Shown here one piece after another: positions 29,038-38,062 of a stretch of 55,807 nt of DNA. A program made the position numbers and the translations under genes. The notes below the pieces were generated by a model. It saw only the letters and a list, made by a program, of their open reading frames with translations, was not told the DNA's origin and did not search any database. Positions within the stretch are counted from its first letter, which is position 1; every line of letters starts with the position of its first letter. Source of the DNA: a virus (Duplodnaviria; Caudoviricetes); IMG/VR virus record IMGVR_UViG_3300030329_001543, positions 1-55,807 of that record. One strand, written 5' to 3'.

Positions 29038-29871
29038 TTAAAACATCCCTAATTGGGATTTTGGTTCATAATTAAGAATAAGATATTCTTTTCTTTTCTT
29101 TAATCTAGCTTTATCTGTTGTTCCAGAATAACTCTTTAACTCTATTGTTTTAATATAATAATCACTATATAATTCCTTTACTTCTTCTCTGTAGTCGTAA
29201 CTAATCATAAACTTTGCTCCACCTTTATCTATTGCATCAACAGCTTCTTTAAATCGAAAATGGTCTTCTGAATCAAAGTTATTCATATAATAATCACCTT
29301 TATCTGTTGCTATGAAATATGGCGGGTCCAAGTACCAAAAATCATCTTTGGATGGTGGGTATTTTTCTACCAATTCTGCAAAATCTAAATTTTCTACAGT
29401 TGTTCCACCAATATGCTTTCTTGAGTATTTTAGTTCTGTTTCCCAGTCTTTATTCATATCTTTATTTTTAGAAAACGGAGTATGAATAAGCTTGTTAAAG
29501 CTATGCCTTATGCAATAAAAGTATTTAGCAGCTTGTAATGGGTCAGGTATATTAAACTCACTGCCTTCTTTTATTTCGGTGCGAAAATCTAAAAACAATT
29601 TTCTAGATTTAGGAAGCCAATTAAGATAATGTATTAAATCATCTAAGTTATGCATAACACACATATAGAGGTTTACAATATTATTGTCTTTATCATTTAC
29701 AACATTCCAATCCGCTTTAGATTTTCTAAAAAACATAGATAAACCACCAGCGAACATCTCGAAATATCTTTTATGAGGGGGTATAAGAGGAACAAATAAT
29801 TTACTCATCTCATACTTCCCCCCATAATAAGGAATTACGATAGGACAATCATACCAATCATGCGACGGCAA
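29038..29871 (-). CDS. D12-class (Dam-family) DNA adenine methyltransferase; probable TTG start at 29871
   Basis: PYYGGK, EMFAGG (motif I), YLDPPY (motif IV), FMISY, EYLILNY. Confidence 0.9.
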   Translation of the reverse strand: MPSHDWYDCPIVIPYYGGKYEMSKLFVPLIPPHKRYFEMFAGGLSMFFRKSKADWNVVNDKDNNIVNLYMCVMHNLDDLIHYLNWLPKSRKLFLDFRTEIKEGSEFNIPDPLQAAKYFYCIRHSFNKLIHTPFSKNKDMNKDWETELKYSRKHIGGTTVENLDFAELVEKYPPSKDDFWYLDPPYFIATDKGDYYMNNFDSEDHFRFKEAVDAIDKGGAKFMISYDYREEVKELYSDYYIKTIELKSYSGTTDKARLKKRKEYLILNYEPKSQLGMF

Positions 29872-30655
29872 TTTTAGCCTCTTTTTCTGCCCACTTTTTA
29901 ATTGTAGGATACAATCTTCCTTCAATATTGTGAGTGGATTGAGCATTTCTATTCATATGATGAGTTAATACGTTAGTCCCTACATTAAACAAATCCCAAA
30001 ATGATTTCGGAGCATTAGCTATTAATGATTGTGTAACCATTTCATTTGCTTGTATTGGAAACATTTTTAGAAAATCAATAACATGTCTATCTCTAAATTT
30101 AGTTCCCTGTAATACAGGAAATTCTTCTTTAAAGATTAGTTTTGTTTTATCCATAGTCTCCGAGATTACTTCATCGAAATCATCAAAAGAAACATTGGAT
30201 TTAATATGCTTGTTCTTGTATTTAGCAGCAACTATACCTATAACAGTACCATTTAAACAGATTAATCTAAATGCTCCAGCCATAATATTTACTCCAAGAG
30301 TACCATCATAACTATTACCTACAACAATCTCAGGTGTCATTTCGTCATCTTTACCAATTTTTATCATATGTTTAGGAAAATTCCATTTCATATGAACTGA
30401 CCTTCCATTACTAAATATAGATACTTCTTTTACTTTTCCACCATGTTTCTTTACAATTGGTGCAGCTGCCTCAATGATAGATTTATTTGTAACAAGTCTA
30501 TAACTATCTGTCATACAACTAAGCACTTGCCCTGTGTCTTCTCTTACTATGAATTTATATCCTGTTTTATCAAGTAGTGTAACATCTTGATTATCATCTA
30601 GTGGATAACCAACTGCTGGTACTTCTTTTACTGGAAACATTGCATTTTGTAACAT
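29858..30655 (-). CDS. DUF932/DUF945-family protein
   Basis: VREDTGQVL..MTDSYRLV.N, NSYDGT, GAFRLICLNG, WDLFN..T...TH. Confidence 0.75.
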   Translation of the reverse strand: MLQNAMFPVKEVPAVGYPLDDNQDVTLLDKTGYKFIVREDTGQVLSCMTDSYRLVTNKSIIEAAAPIVKKHGGKVKEVSIFSNGRSVHMKWNFPKHMIKIGKDDEMTPEIVVGNSYDGTLGVNIMAGAFRLICLNGTVIGIVAAKYKNKHIKSNVSFDDFDEVISETMDKTKLIFKEEFPVLQGTKFRDRHVIDFLKMFPIQANEMVTQSLIANAPKSFWDLFNVGTNVLTHHMNRNAQSTHNIEGRLYPTIKKWAEKEAKIAVA

Positions 30656-30794
30656 ATCTCTCTCCTTTTTATGTTATTTAAATGGTGATTCTAAAAATTT
30701 CTTTAATCCATCTCTTACTTTTTTAAAGAATAAATCTTCCTTGCCTCTAAAATTATTAGGAATATTCTTTTTTTTAGTTGTTTTTTTAGGCATT

Positions 30795-31196
30795 TTATAC
30801 CTCCTTTTCATGTTTTATTATTGGAGGAGCGCTACCAAGTCTTTTCCTCTCATTTTCTTTAATAGACTCCATGTTTTTATCTCTATTTTGAACAATGCTT
30901 CTTAAATAAGCAAATCCTTTTCCTTGTAAATAATGCCTACTTTGATAATATTGTTCTATTGCCCAGTTTAAAGTTCCATCTTCTATATCTCTTAATCCAT
31001 ATAAGAAATAAAAATAAGTGTCTCTGTTTTCTGTATTTATATTTTGCGATATTAATCTTGATATTTGTCTTAATAGAGTTTTTGTTTTTTTACTTCTTTT
31101 TGATAGCAATCCCATTATTTCTTTTGATTTGTTGTATTTTTTAAATACATTAAATCCGCAAGCTGGACAATTAAATGTTTTTGTATCTTTTATCAT
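30795..31196 (-). CDS. Possible DnaD-like replication organiser
   Basis: CPACG knuckle. KGFAYLRSIVQN resembles the DnaD/DnaB_2 YxxxIL motif. Lies upstream of the helicase. Confidence 0.4.
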   Translation of the reverse strand: MIKDTKTFNCPACGFNVFKKYNKSKEIMGLLSKRSKKTKTLLRQISRLISQNINTENRDTYFYFLYGLRDIEDGTLNWAIEQYYQSRHYLQGKGFAYLRSIVQNRDKNMESIKENERKRLGSAPPIIKHEKEV

Positions 31197-31383
31197 TCTT
31201 TACCTCTTTTTGCATTTCATCGTGAATTTCATTCAACTTATTGTATGCAGGGTTATTTCTATTTTCTCTCATTTGGTTATGAGCTTTTAAAAACCCTTCA
31301 GCTAATTTCTTTCCCACTTCATTAATTAGCTCTTTTTTATTACCAGTTTCACATAGGTAACTTATCCATGACATTTTGCTCAT
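31171..31383 (-). CDS. Hypothetical protein (probable start MSKMSW)
   Basis: GGAGAG RBS before ATG 31383. Confidence 0.5.
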   Translation of the reverse strand: MSKMSWISYLCETGNKKELINEVGKKLAEGFLKAHNQMRENRNNPAYNKLNEIHDEMQKEVKNDKRYKNI

Positions 31384-31588
31384 TGTTCTCTCCCTTACAA
31401 TGTTTACATATTTCTTTTTGTTTTCCGTATGTTGGAAAATCATAATAATAGTAAAAATTTTCTTTATTACCATAATATAATATTTCCCAACATCTATTGC
31501 ATTCCATACAATGCTTTATTCTTTTATCAGCTATTCTAGAGTCTTGTGCTTTTTCTCCCCATGGCTGTTTTTTAGGCATTCTACTCAT
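31349..31588 (-). CDS. Small zinc-finger protein
   Basis: CMEC...CKHC. Confidence 0.55.
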   Translation of the reverse strand: MSRMPKKQPWGEKAQDSRIADKRIKHCMECNRCWEILYYGNKENFYYYYDFPTYGKQKEICKHCKGENNEQNVMDKLPM

Positions 31589-31802
31589 AGCTATACTCTA
31601 TATCATCACCTTTATTATGCTCATCTGCAGTTGTTGGTTCTCCATCTGTATAAACTCTTATAATATCAATTATTTTTAATATTTTATATTGGTCTTCAAT
31701 ATCCCATGATAATACTTCTTCAATATTTCCCAATGCAAGTTTGTACCAATCTCTTTCTAGTTTATATCCTTGAGCTTTTGATGTGACTATTTCTTTATTC
31801 AT
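31581..31802 (-). CDS. Hypothetical protein
   Basis: ORF with GGAG RBS. Confidence 0.5.
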   Translation of the reverse strand: MNKEIVTSKAQGYKLERDWYKLALGNIEEVLSWDIEDQYKILKIIDIIRVYTDGEPTTADEHNKGDDIEYSYE

Positions 31803-31803
31803 T

Positions 31804-32103
31804 TTAATCTCCTATTACTTTTACTTCTGTCTTTAATGCCCATCTTTGTTTACCTAAATAGAATTGTTTGTCTTCTGGTTTTTGAGTTTTAGCATCTAAT
31901 ACCAACACTAGAGATGCGCATTCTGAATGCCCTACAACAACAGCACGCATTTGAGTACCTGTGTCAACTAATTCCCCAACAGCAACATCTTTTAAGTAAG
32001 TATAACCTTTAGCAGGCGGCCAAACTGGTTTATCAATCAATGCAGCTTTCGCAAGCTTCTGGGCCATTCCTATTTTCTTCTTCTGTTTTGTTTCTGGTTT
32101 CAA
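31804..32103 (-). CDS. Hypothetical protein
   Basis: TTG start with AAGGAGAG RBS. Confidence 0.5.
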   Translation of the reverse strand: MKPETKQKKKIGMAQKLAKAALIDKPVWPPAKGYTYLKDVAVGELVDTGTQMRAVVVGHSECASLVLVLDAKTQKPEDKQFYLGKQRWALKTEVKVIGD

Positions 32104-32281
32104 TGTCTTTCTCTCCTTGTATTATATCTGTTCTTATTTGAATAAAATCTTGTTTTATTTTATGTGTAAACATAATTGGTGCATCAAAAAATTCTGCTGA
32201 ATCTTCTGTAAATTGCAAAGATTTTATAACCATTTCTATTTCAGATTTTGTTAGTTTAATTACTGCGCTTGATTCTTTCAT
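32033..32281 (-). CDS. Hypothetical protein (probable start MKESSA)
   Basis: AAGGA RBS before ATG 32281. The longer track start runs into a hairpin. Confidence 0.5.
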   Translation of the reverse strand: MKESSAVIKLTKSEIEMVIKSLQFTEDSAEFFDAPIMFTHKIKQDFIQIRTDIIQGEKDIETRNKTEEENRNGPEACESCID

Positions 32282-32295
32282 ATTTATTCCTTTTT

Positions 32296-32373
32296 GGGAT
32301 TGAGGGCGGCCAAGAGGCACTAAGGAGAGATGAGAGGAAGTAGATAGTGAATATATACAACCGCCCTCATCTC
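32296..32373 (-). ncRNA. Predicted structured RNA H1 (closing stem + C/U-rich anti-SD loop)
   Basis: Perfect IR TGAGGGCGG 32301-32309 / 32361-32369, extended by G:U on the minus strand. Starts at a predicted TSS. Confidence 0.5.
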
Positions 32374-32374
32374 T

Positions 32375-32404
32375 AATTTACATTATCTTGCATTATACAA
32401 TCAA
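32375..32404 (-). promoter_or_regulatory. Sigma70-type promoter TTGATT-N18-TAAATT
   Basis: Same hexamers as the promoter at 35045-35073. Confidence 0.55.
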
Positions 32405-32429
32405 TATAACCTTAGTTTTTCATTACCAT

Positions 32430-33053
32430 TTAGAATGGTACATCCTCATCTAGTTCTTCTAAACTTAAAGTAGGGCCGTTTTCCCATTTCTTTAGTTCAG
32501 ATACTTTAAATGTAGTCCTCTTTTCCTGTTGGTCAGGTGGGAGATGTTTTGTATCGCTTGTGACATATTCTTGCCTCTTAACAGTAATATGCACAGGAAC
32601 TCCTACAACATCATCTTCTTCTAAAAGAACTAACTTCTTTATTCCATTACTATCTTCACATTTAATGCCAAGATTTTCTAGTAATTGAAAGTATCTACTA
32701 TTTTTACTAGCAGAAGATGTATCTGTGAATATAAAGAAACCATTATCGTAGAATATTCTATCTTTTAAATGTCCACAAGATATTGTTTCTTGTTCGTCGC
32801 CTCCATTAAGTACAGGAACTCTATTTCCAGATGAATCTTTAACATAGTTATATCCATCCATTTCCCATACTAATTGTTCTACTTTTTCTACAGCTTCATT
32901 GACTTTATAAGTCATATTCACTATAATAGCTTCTCCAGCTCTTGTATTCATTTCCTTAGTTGCAAGGCTTGTTATGTGTGCTGGGTAGGTTCCTTCTTCA
33001 ATGGGTGTCCATTTATTAGAAGGGTCGTAAGTGGCATCAAGTGTTTTAGCCAT
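32430..33053 (-). CDS. Single-stranded DNA-binding protein (DUF669-like)
   Basis: WTPIEEGTYPAHI N-terminus, acidic C-terminal DEDVPF tail, located in the recombination module. Confidence 0.75.
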   Translation of the reverse strand: MAKTLDATYDPSNKWTPIEEGTYPAHITSLATKEMNTRAGEAIIVNMTYKVNEAVEKVEQLVWEMDGYNYVKDSSGNRVPVLNGGDEQETISCGHLKDRIFYDNGFFIFTDTSSASKNSRYFQLLENLGIKCEDSNGIKKLVLLEEDDVVGVPVHITVKRQEYVTSDTKHLPPDQQEKRTTFKVSELKKWENGPTLSLEELDEDVPF

Positions 33054-33061
33054 TGTTTCTC

Positions 33062-33334
33062 CTATTTATTAGTTGTTTTAGTTGTTGCGTATTTATCTAC
33101 GAGTTTTTCATAATTAGCTACGAACTCATCCATTTTTTTGCTTGGAGTAGTGTTCTTAGAACCTCTGAAATACAGCATTGGGGATACAAATTTCCCATCT
33201 GCAGTCTTAAAGAATTTCTTAGCTTTTTTCGTTTTGCTAATATGACCTGTTTTTTCCATTTCAGCTTTTGCTTTATTAGATAGTACTCCACTCTTTCTAA
33301 GAGCTTCTGCATCTTTAGCTGATATTTTTCCCAT
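33062..33334 (-). CDS. Basic hypothetical protein
   Basis: Lys-rich ORF with GGAG RBS. Confidence 0.55.
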   Translation of the reverse strand: MGKISAKDAEALRKSGVLSNKAKAEMEKTGHISKTKKAKKFFKTADGKFVSPMLYFRGSKNTTPSKKMDEFVANYEKLVDKYATTKTTNK

Positions 33335-33336
33335 TA

Positions 33337-33618
33337 TTATTCTCCTTTTACTTTGTTTTGTATGTAAACATCCACTTTTGATTCTAAATCCTCAGGCTGA
33401 GGTAGCGGTTGTTCTTCTATTGTGTAAGTATGAAATGACGGATTAACAGTTAATTTTACATTATCTTCTGTTTTAAATACCATCATAGGCTTACCATTTA
33501 AGAGTCTAGTGCCTCTATAGACTACTCTCCTAAATTCTTTACCATCATTAGTTCCTATTGAATAACATTCTCCTTTTTTCAATAAGTTTTCATCATAAGA
33601 TATACTTGTATTAATCAT
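33337..33618 (-). CDS. Hypothetical protein
   Basis: ORF overlapping the Sak stop codon. Confidence 0.5.
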   Translation of the reverse strand: MINTSISYDENLLKKGECYSIGTNDGKEFRRVVYRGTRLLNGKPMMVFKTEDNVKLTVNPSFHTYTIEEQPLPQPEDLESKVDVYIQNKVKGE

Positions 33619-34231
33619 TCTTAGCCTCTCTTTCTAATTTAGCAAATGAAGCTTTAAAGTTTGCATTGTTTATTGATTGGTCTTTTATTAACTCATGTAT
33701 TTGAGACATTTTTTCTTCACTAATTTCACCAGCTAATACTAATATATCGTTTTTCTGTTCATCACTTAATTCTAAATCATCTACTTGATTTCGATAAACA
33801 TCATCTGCAATATTTAAATACATATTAAATGCTTTTTTAATGCAATCTGTATTAGAAGCTTTTATATCATTACCAATGTCTACAAATTCATTAGTTCCTC
33901 TTTTCTTTTGTATTCTATGAGCTGCTACCATATCAGCTTCTCTCCAAATACCTTCATCGTACCATTTTAATCTTCCATGAACTACATAAGCTTCACTGCC
34001 TAATACTTCAGTTTTTTGTATTGTCCATGACCAACCTGGATATTCTTTATCAGCTATTTCTCTCATATAAGAAAATTCTACATAGTCCATACCCATTTTC
34101 TTTTTTACAAATGGTTTTGGTGTTGCCATAGATGATACTTTTTTATGTTTATCTGTTATAGCTTTTCTTATTGAATCAGTAGCCTCTAATTTCTTTTGGT
34201 CTATTATTACTACGTTTTTATTATCACTCAT
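33611..34231 (-). CDS. Rad52/Sak-family single-strand annealing protein
   Basis: MDYVE...A....PGWSW.I, VVHGRL, KASNTDCIKKAFNMYLNIADDVY. Confidence 0.85.
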   Translation of the reverse strand: MSDNKNVVIIDQKKLEATDSIRKAITDKHKKVSSMATPKPFVKKKMGMDYVEFSYMREIADKEYPGWSWTIQKTEVLGSEAYVVHGRLKWYDEGIWREADMVAAHRIQKKRGTNEFVDIGNDIKASNTDCIKKAFNMYLNIADDVYRNQVDDLELSDEQKNDILVLAGEISEEKMSQIHELIKDQSINNANFKASFAKLEREAKND

Positions 34232-34241
34232 TATCTCTCCT

Positions 34242-35018
34242 TTATCTTTTCTTTTCTGCTAATTTGCTTGGACAAATACTATAGTATTGACAGTATCTGC
34301 ACTCCCAATCCATAAATGGAACTCCTTCAGTCATTTCTGGAATTAATTCTTCCTCAAAATGTTTTTCCATATCATCTTTTAGTTCTTTTAATCCCATCCA
34401 ATACATATGTGCATTTTCTATCCAATCATTACTAACTAATTGTTCTCTCATTTGAGATGTATTCTTATTATACCAAATAAGGTACATATGAATTTTGTCT
34501 GGACTATATTTATGTCTTATTCCAAGAGCATAAGTACCTAATTGTAATTTATAATTTGTATCGGTACTCGCTACTCTATTTTTAACTCTTCCAAACTTTG
34601 TAGTCCATTTATAAGCAGCTGCTGTTTTATAATCATAAAGATTAAACTCAACTTCTTTTGTTATATCGTTCATTATTTGTTCTCCAACATCAAACGTTCC
34701 AACAATATCATAATCTTTTATTTTTACTTTTTCTTCTATATGAATACTTGTTTTAATTGGAGCATCTGGTTTTTGCATATCAGCAAGCTTGTCTTCATAC
34801 ATAGACATTGCTTTTTCTAAATCAGCATGTACTAATGTTCCAAGTCTTAACAATCTAAATGATTTATCATCTTTGTCGTCTGATGGAAAATCGTAATAAG
34901 AATACATTTGTTTTCTATAACAACTTCCTGCTGATGATGCATGAAATATATTTTTATCTCTTTGTCTTAAAGAGTCTCTTTTTTTTAAATAAGCGGCATA
35001 GATAGCCTTTATATCCAT
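34242..35018 (-). CDS. PD-(D/E)XK exonuclease (Cas4/AddB-like, Fe-S Cys pattern); probable start 35018
   Basis: ASSAGSCYRK, GTLVH, GTFD, YDYKT, QLGTY, CRYCQYYSIC. Confidence 0.85.
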   Translation of the reverse strand: MDIKAIYAAYLKKRDSLRQRDKNIFHASSAGSCYRKQMYSYYDFPSDDKDDKSFRLLRLGTLVHADLEKAMSMYEDKLADMQKPDAPIKTSIHIEEKVKIKDYDIVGTFDVGEQIMNDITKEVEFNLYDYKTAAAYKWTTKFGRVKNRVASTDTNYKLQLGTYALGIRHKYSPDKIHMYLIWYNKNTSQMREQLVSNDWIENAHMYWMGLKELKDDMEKHFEEELIPEMTEGVPFMDWECRYCQYYSICPSKLAEKKR

Positions 35019-35044
35019 TGTTTTTTCTCCCTTAGTGCGTTGTA

Positions 35045-35073
35045 AATTTAACAATATCAAGGTTTAGAATCAA
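35045..35073 (-). promoter_or_regulatory. Sigma70-type promoter TTGATT-N17-(TGt)TAAATT for the recombination/replication genes
   Basis: Ideal 17-bp spacing, extended -10 TG, upstream of the GGGAG RBS of the exonuclease. Confidence 0.6.
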
Positions 35074-35075
35074 TC

Positions 35076-35147
35076 GAAACATAGGCTGATGCTGTTGGTT
35101 CGTTCACCTGCAACATGGTTCAGAACCTAAACACCAACCTACATTTC
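35076..35147 (-). ncRNA. Predicted long RNA hairpin H2 (RNase III site-like)
   Basis: 18-bp lower stem with 5 G:U pairs on the minus strand only, an internal loop, then a GGTTC/GAACC upper stem. Confidence 0.6.
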
Positions 35148-35163
35148 TTTTTGCTCGGGTTAG

Positions 35164-35637
35164 CTAGCAAATACTAAATCCACCAGATTGTTCACAGAAT
35201 TTTGCAAAGTCCATTACAAAATCAACTTCAAAAGGATACTCTTTTGACCAATTTTCTTTTTTTCCTTTTCCATCGCATCCGTTACATTTTATTTTTCCAG
35301 CTCCAATTTTAGGTGGTTCTTTTCTTTTGCCTGTTGCATCACATATTTTACATTCTTCATCTGGTAGTTTTTCAAGATATGAATCTCTAGTAGTTTTGTA
35401 TTTATACAGAGTTCCATCTTTTAATAATGATTCTAATCTATCTGATATTTCTAAAGCAGTTGTTTCGTTATATTCATACCCATTATTATATGTTCCTTCT
35501 ATAATATCTTTTTCAGATAATATATCATCACAATAATAAGCAACGCATTCCCATAATGGCCTCCACCACCATACATTTGCTCTGAAGTAATCTCCATTGT
35601 CTGCTTTAGGATTAATTCCATACACATCCATTCCCAT
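35164..35637 (-). CDS. Hypothetical protein with DnaJ-type zinc finger
   Basis: CKICDATG / CNGCDGKG (CxxCxxxG / CxxCxGxG) inside a MGMDVYG..YFRANVWWWRPLW phage protein. Confidence 0.65.
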   Translation of the reverse strand: MGMDVYGINPKADNGDYFRANVWWWRPLWECVAYYCDDILSEKDIIEGTYNNGYEYNETTALEISDRLESLLKDGTLYKYKTTRDSYLEKLPDEECKICDATGKRKEPPKIGAGKIKCNGCDGKGKKENWSKEYPFEVDFVMDFAKFCEQSGGFSIC

Positions 35638-35835
35638 TTATTTAACCTCCTCTAATTCATCTAAAACATCGTTTAATGTTTCATTTACAATATCTATTTG
35701 CTTTTTTATACCATTAAATCTTATATCAAGATACCATCTCAGTAAATAGTGATACATTATTAATAAAATTGCTATATAAACCAATGTAAATACATCGAAC
35801 CCATTTTCTGATAATGATTGTAGCCAGTATTTCAT
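35638..35835 (-). CDS. Small membrane protein
   Basis: One TM segment, GGAG RBS. Confidence 0.5.
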   Translation of the reverse strand: MKYWLQSLSENGFDVFTLVYIAILLIMYHYLLRWYLDIRFNGIKKQIDIVNETLNDVLDELEEVK

Positions 35836-36165
35836 TTGTTACTCCTTTTCTTCTTGTTTTTTGTTAAGTCCTAATACCCATTCTAATGCTTTTATATATC
35901 CATAATTTTCATCAGAAACAGGAGGTCTGACTTTACGATTCGCACATTTTTTATAAGTATTAAGTAATTGTTCAAATATTTCATCTTTATGCCTTACATG
36001 GATTGTTTGTCTACTCATTACTTGTTCCTTTTATGGCTTCCTTTAACCATTGATTTACTAATGATAGTATCATCATTATCATAAATGCCCCCACAGCCCA
36101 TACTATTATAGATATTCCTAATAAAAAGAAATTTGCTATCCATTCGGCTATATTGAATATAATCA

Positions 36166-36381
36166 TTACTCCTCCTCTTGTTTATTGTAACTTCTCATCC
36201 AATCTGATAAATATTTTATTGATGTTTTTTTGTCTAGATTAAATTCATTTTGTATATAAGCGGCAGCTCCAAACATATTTGTCTCACCAGATTCTCTCAG
36301 TTCTTCAAGATACAAGAATACTTCATTTTTAATTCGATTTTCTTCTTCAATATCTTCAAACATTTTTTTAATTGCTATCAT
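36166..36381 (-). CDS. Conserved phage hypothetical protein
   Basis: YLEELRESGETNMFGAA.Y motif, AAGGAG RBS. Confidence 0.6.
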   Translation of the reverse strand: MIAIKKMFEDIEEENRIKNEVFLYLEELRESGETNMFGAAAYIQNEFNLDKKTSIKYLSDWMRSYNKQEEE

Positions 36382-36544
36382 AATGTTCTCCTTTTATTAT
36401 TAACATTCCATGTTCATCTCCAAACAATTTCATACATGGTTTACAGTTTTTAGTTATTTTTTTTGTTATTTTTGCTTGACCAGAGACTTTTATTCCGTTT
36501 TTATCAGTTTTTTGATAACAATAAAAACATTCATATACTTTCAT
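36368..36544 (-). CDS. Small zinc-finger protein (probable start MKVYEC)
   Basis: CFYC...CKPC, GAGGAG RBS. Confidence 0.5.
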   Translation of the reverse strand: MKVYECFYCYQKTDKNGIKVSGQAKITKKITKNCKPCMKLFGDEHGMLIIKGEHYDSN

Positions 36545-36562
36545 TATAACTCCTCTTAATTT

Positions 36563-36649
36563 TATTGGGGTGAATGCATATCTGCAGCCAACCGAATCAA
36601 ACAACATCATTAGTCATTCTTATTCAATTAATATTTTTACACCCCAATA
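36563..36649 (-). ncRNA. Predicted structured RNA H3
   Basis: Perfect 10-bp IR TATTGGGGTG / CACCCCAATA closing a 67-nt interior in an intergenic gap. Confidence 0.45.
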
Positions 36650-36661
36650 TTTTATTATTAT

Positions 36662-37468
36662 TTACCAAAGTTTTATTGGTTTCCTATTATTGTAATTATA
36701 TACATCTTCAATCATCCTAAGATAATCGTTTATTTTTGTACAATGTACAAATCGAGTAGGTATTTGTTCAATTTTCCTTATTAGCACTTCATGGCTAAAA
36801 TCTGGATGAGTCAACAAATCAATGTAAACAGATAAGAATGTTCTATGTCTATATACTTTATCATTGTATTGTCTAAACTCTTGTATTTTGCCAAGAACAT
36901 CGTGAACAAATTCAAGTGATTGTGTAACTTTAAACTGACCTCTTCTAAATTCATCACACATTGTTTTATCATTTCGACCAGCTAATACTCCTATTAAAGT
37001 AGAAATAGGATATTTATATTGTTTCTTAAAACCGGCTAATATCTTGTATTCATGCATACCTCTATTGCAATAATGATGTAATGAATCATTTAAATTCCAT
37101 TTATCTTGTACAGAATTAACTAATCCTATATCATCAAGAGTCATATTAGAGAATCTATAGTAAATAGGAAGCTTCATATCCATACAAGTAATAAATCTAT
37201 GCTGTCCTTCTACGATAATTAATCTATTTTCTTTATTTAATACTACTTTTATTTCATTTTCAGATGTAAGGTCATTTCTTTCTATTTCTATTCTAAGATT
37301 AGCAATTTTATTAGGTCGAATAGTTCTATTGCTTTCCACCAACAGAAATCTATTGTAATCTTCTTCATCTGTACCTGTTTTAAATATTGGCACCATAGTT
37401 ACTTCATCAAGGCCAACAGCTTGTTGTTGATTTTTATTTAATTTTATTTCTTTGTAAGGTGTTTTCAT
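36662..37468 (-). CDS. ParB-N-like domain protein
   Basis: NRTI...I.V......IVEGQHRF motif. Confidence 0.7.
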   Translation of the reverse strand: MKTPYKEIKLNKNQQQAVGLDEVTMVPIFKTGTDEEDYNRFLLVESNRTIRPNKIANLRIEIERNDLTSENEIKVVLNKENRLIIVEGQHRFITCMDMKLPIYYRFSNMTLDDIGLVNSVQDKWNLNDSLHHYCNRGMHEYKILAGFKKQYKYPISTLIGVLAGRNDKTMCDEFRRGQFKVTQSLEFVHDVLGKIQEFRQYNDKVYRHRTFLSVYIDLLTHPDFSHEVLIRKIEQIPTRFVHCTKINDYLRMIEDVYNYNNRKPIKLW

Positions 37469-37505
37469 TTTATTATCCTTTTATTTTAATTATTATTAAA
37501 GGGGG

Positions 37506-37569
37506 AGGCCCGTATGTCATGTGAAAGAGGAGCTTTTTTTCACGAGTGTATGTGTTGACACACGAGCCT
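37506..37569 (-). ncRNA. Predicted structured RNA H4
   Basis: 14-bp stem AGGCTCGTGTGTCA / TGACATACGGGCCT (2 G:U on the minus strand). Inner hairpin with a CUCCUC loop. Confidence 0.55.
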
Positions 37570-37575
37570 TAATTA

Positions 37576-38028
37576 TTATTTTAAAGAGTACCAATATTTA
37601 TATCCACAATCATCATCCCAAACAGAGACTTCTTCAAAATTTAATTTACTATGTTGTTTTATATAATATTGATGATTGCTATCTATTGGTTTCCAATATC
37701 CAATTTTAAAATATCTATTACCACTTAAATCATTTGCAAATTGCACATTATCATATTTTTTCATTTTTAGTAATAATTTAGCTTTTTGTTCTTTTTCTTT
37801 TGCAATGTCTTCTGATGTTTTCATCGCTTTTAATTTATATTTAGCATATGAAGTACCAAATCTATTTGTAACCATCTCTGTTTTTATATCTAATCCATCC
37901 TTTTTTAATAGATTTACTATAGATGCTAATCTCATCCCCCATCCTCTTTCAAATGATTCTACAGCTGTTAAAGAATTACCAGCTTCAAGATATTCTTTTA
38001 CTTTTTGTTTTTGTGATTTTTTTTTCAT
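37576..38028 (-). CDS. Winged HTH DNA-binding protein (HTH_39-like N-terminus)
   Basis: QKQKVKEYLEAGNSLTAVES...MRLASIVNLLKKDG.DI.T....YAKYKL. Confidence 0.7.
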   Translation of the reverse strand: MKKKSQKQKVKEYLEAGNSLTAVESFERGWGMRLASIVNLLKKDGLDIKTEMVTNRFGTSYAKYKLKAMKTSEDIAKEKEQKAKLLLKMKKYDNVQFANDLSGNRYFKIGYWKPIDSNHQYYIKQHSKLNFEEVSVWDDDCGYKYWYSLK

Positions 38029-38062
38029 TTTATCTCTCCTCGTTATTATTGTTTATTATTAA

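Noticed and set aside
34242-35147. Cas4 plus CRISPR/mini-array
   Set aside because: No repeated direct-repeat/spacer units. The nuclease sits in a standard exonuclease-Sak-SSB recombination module.
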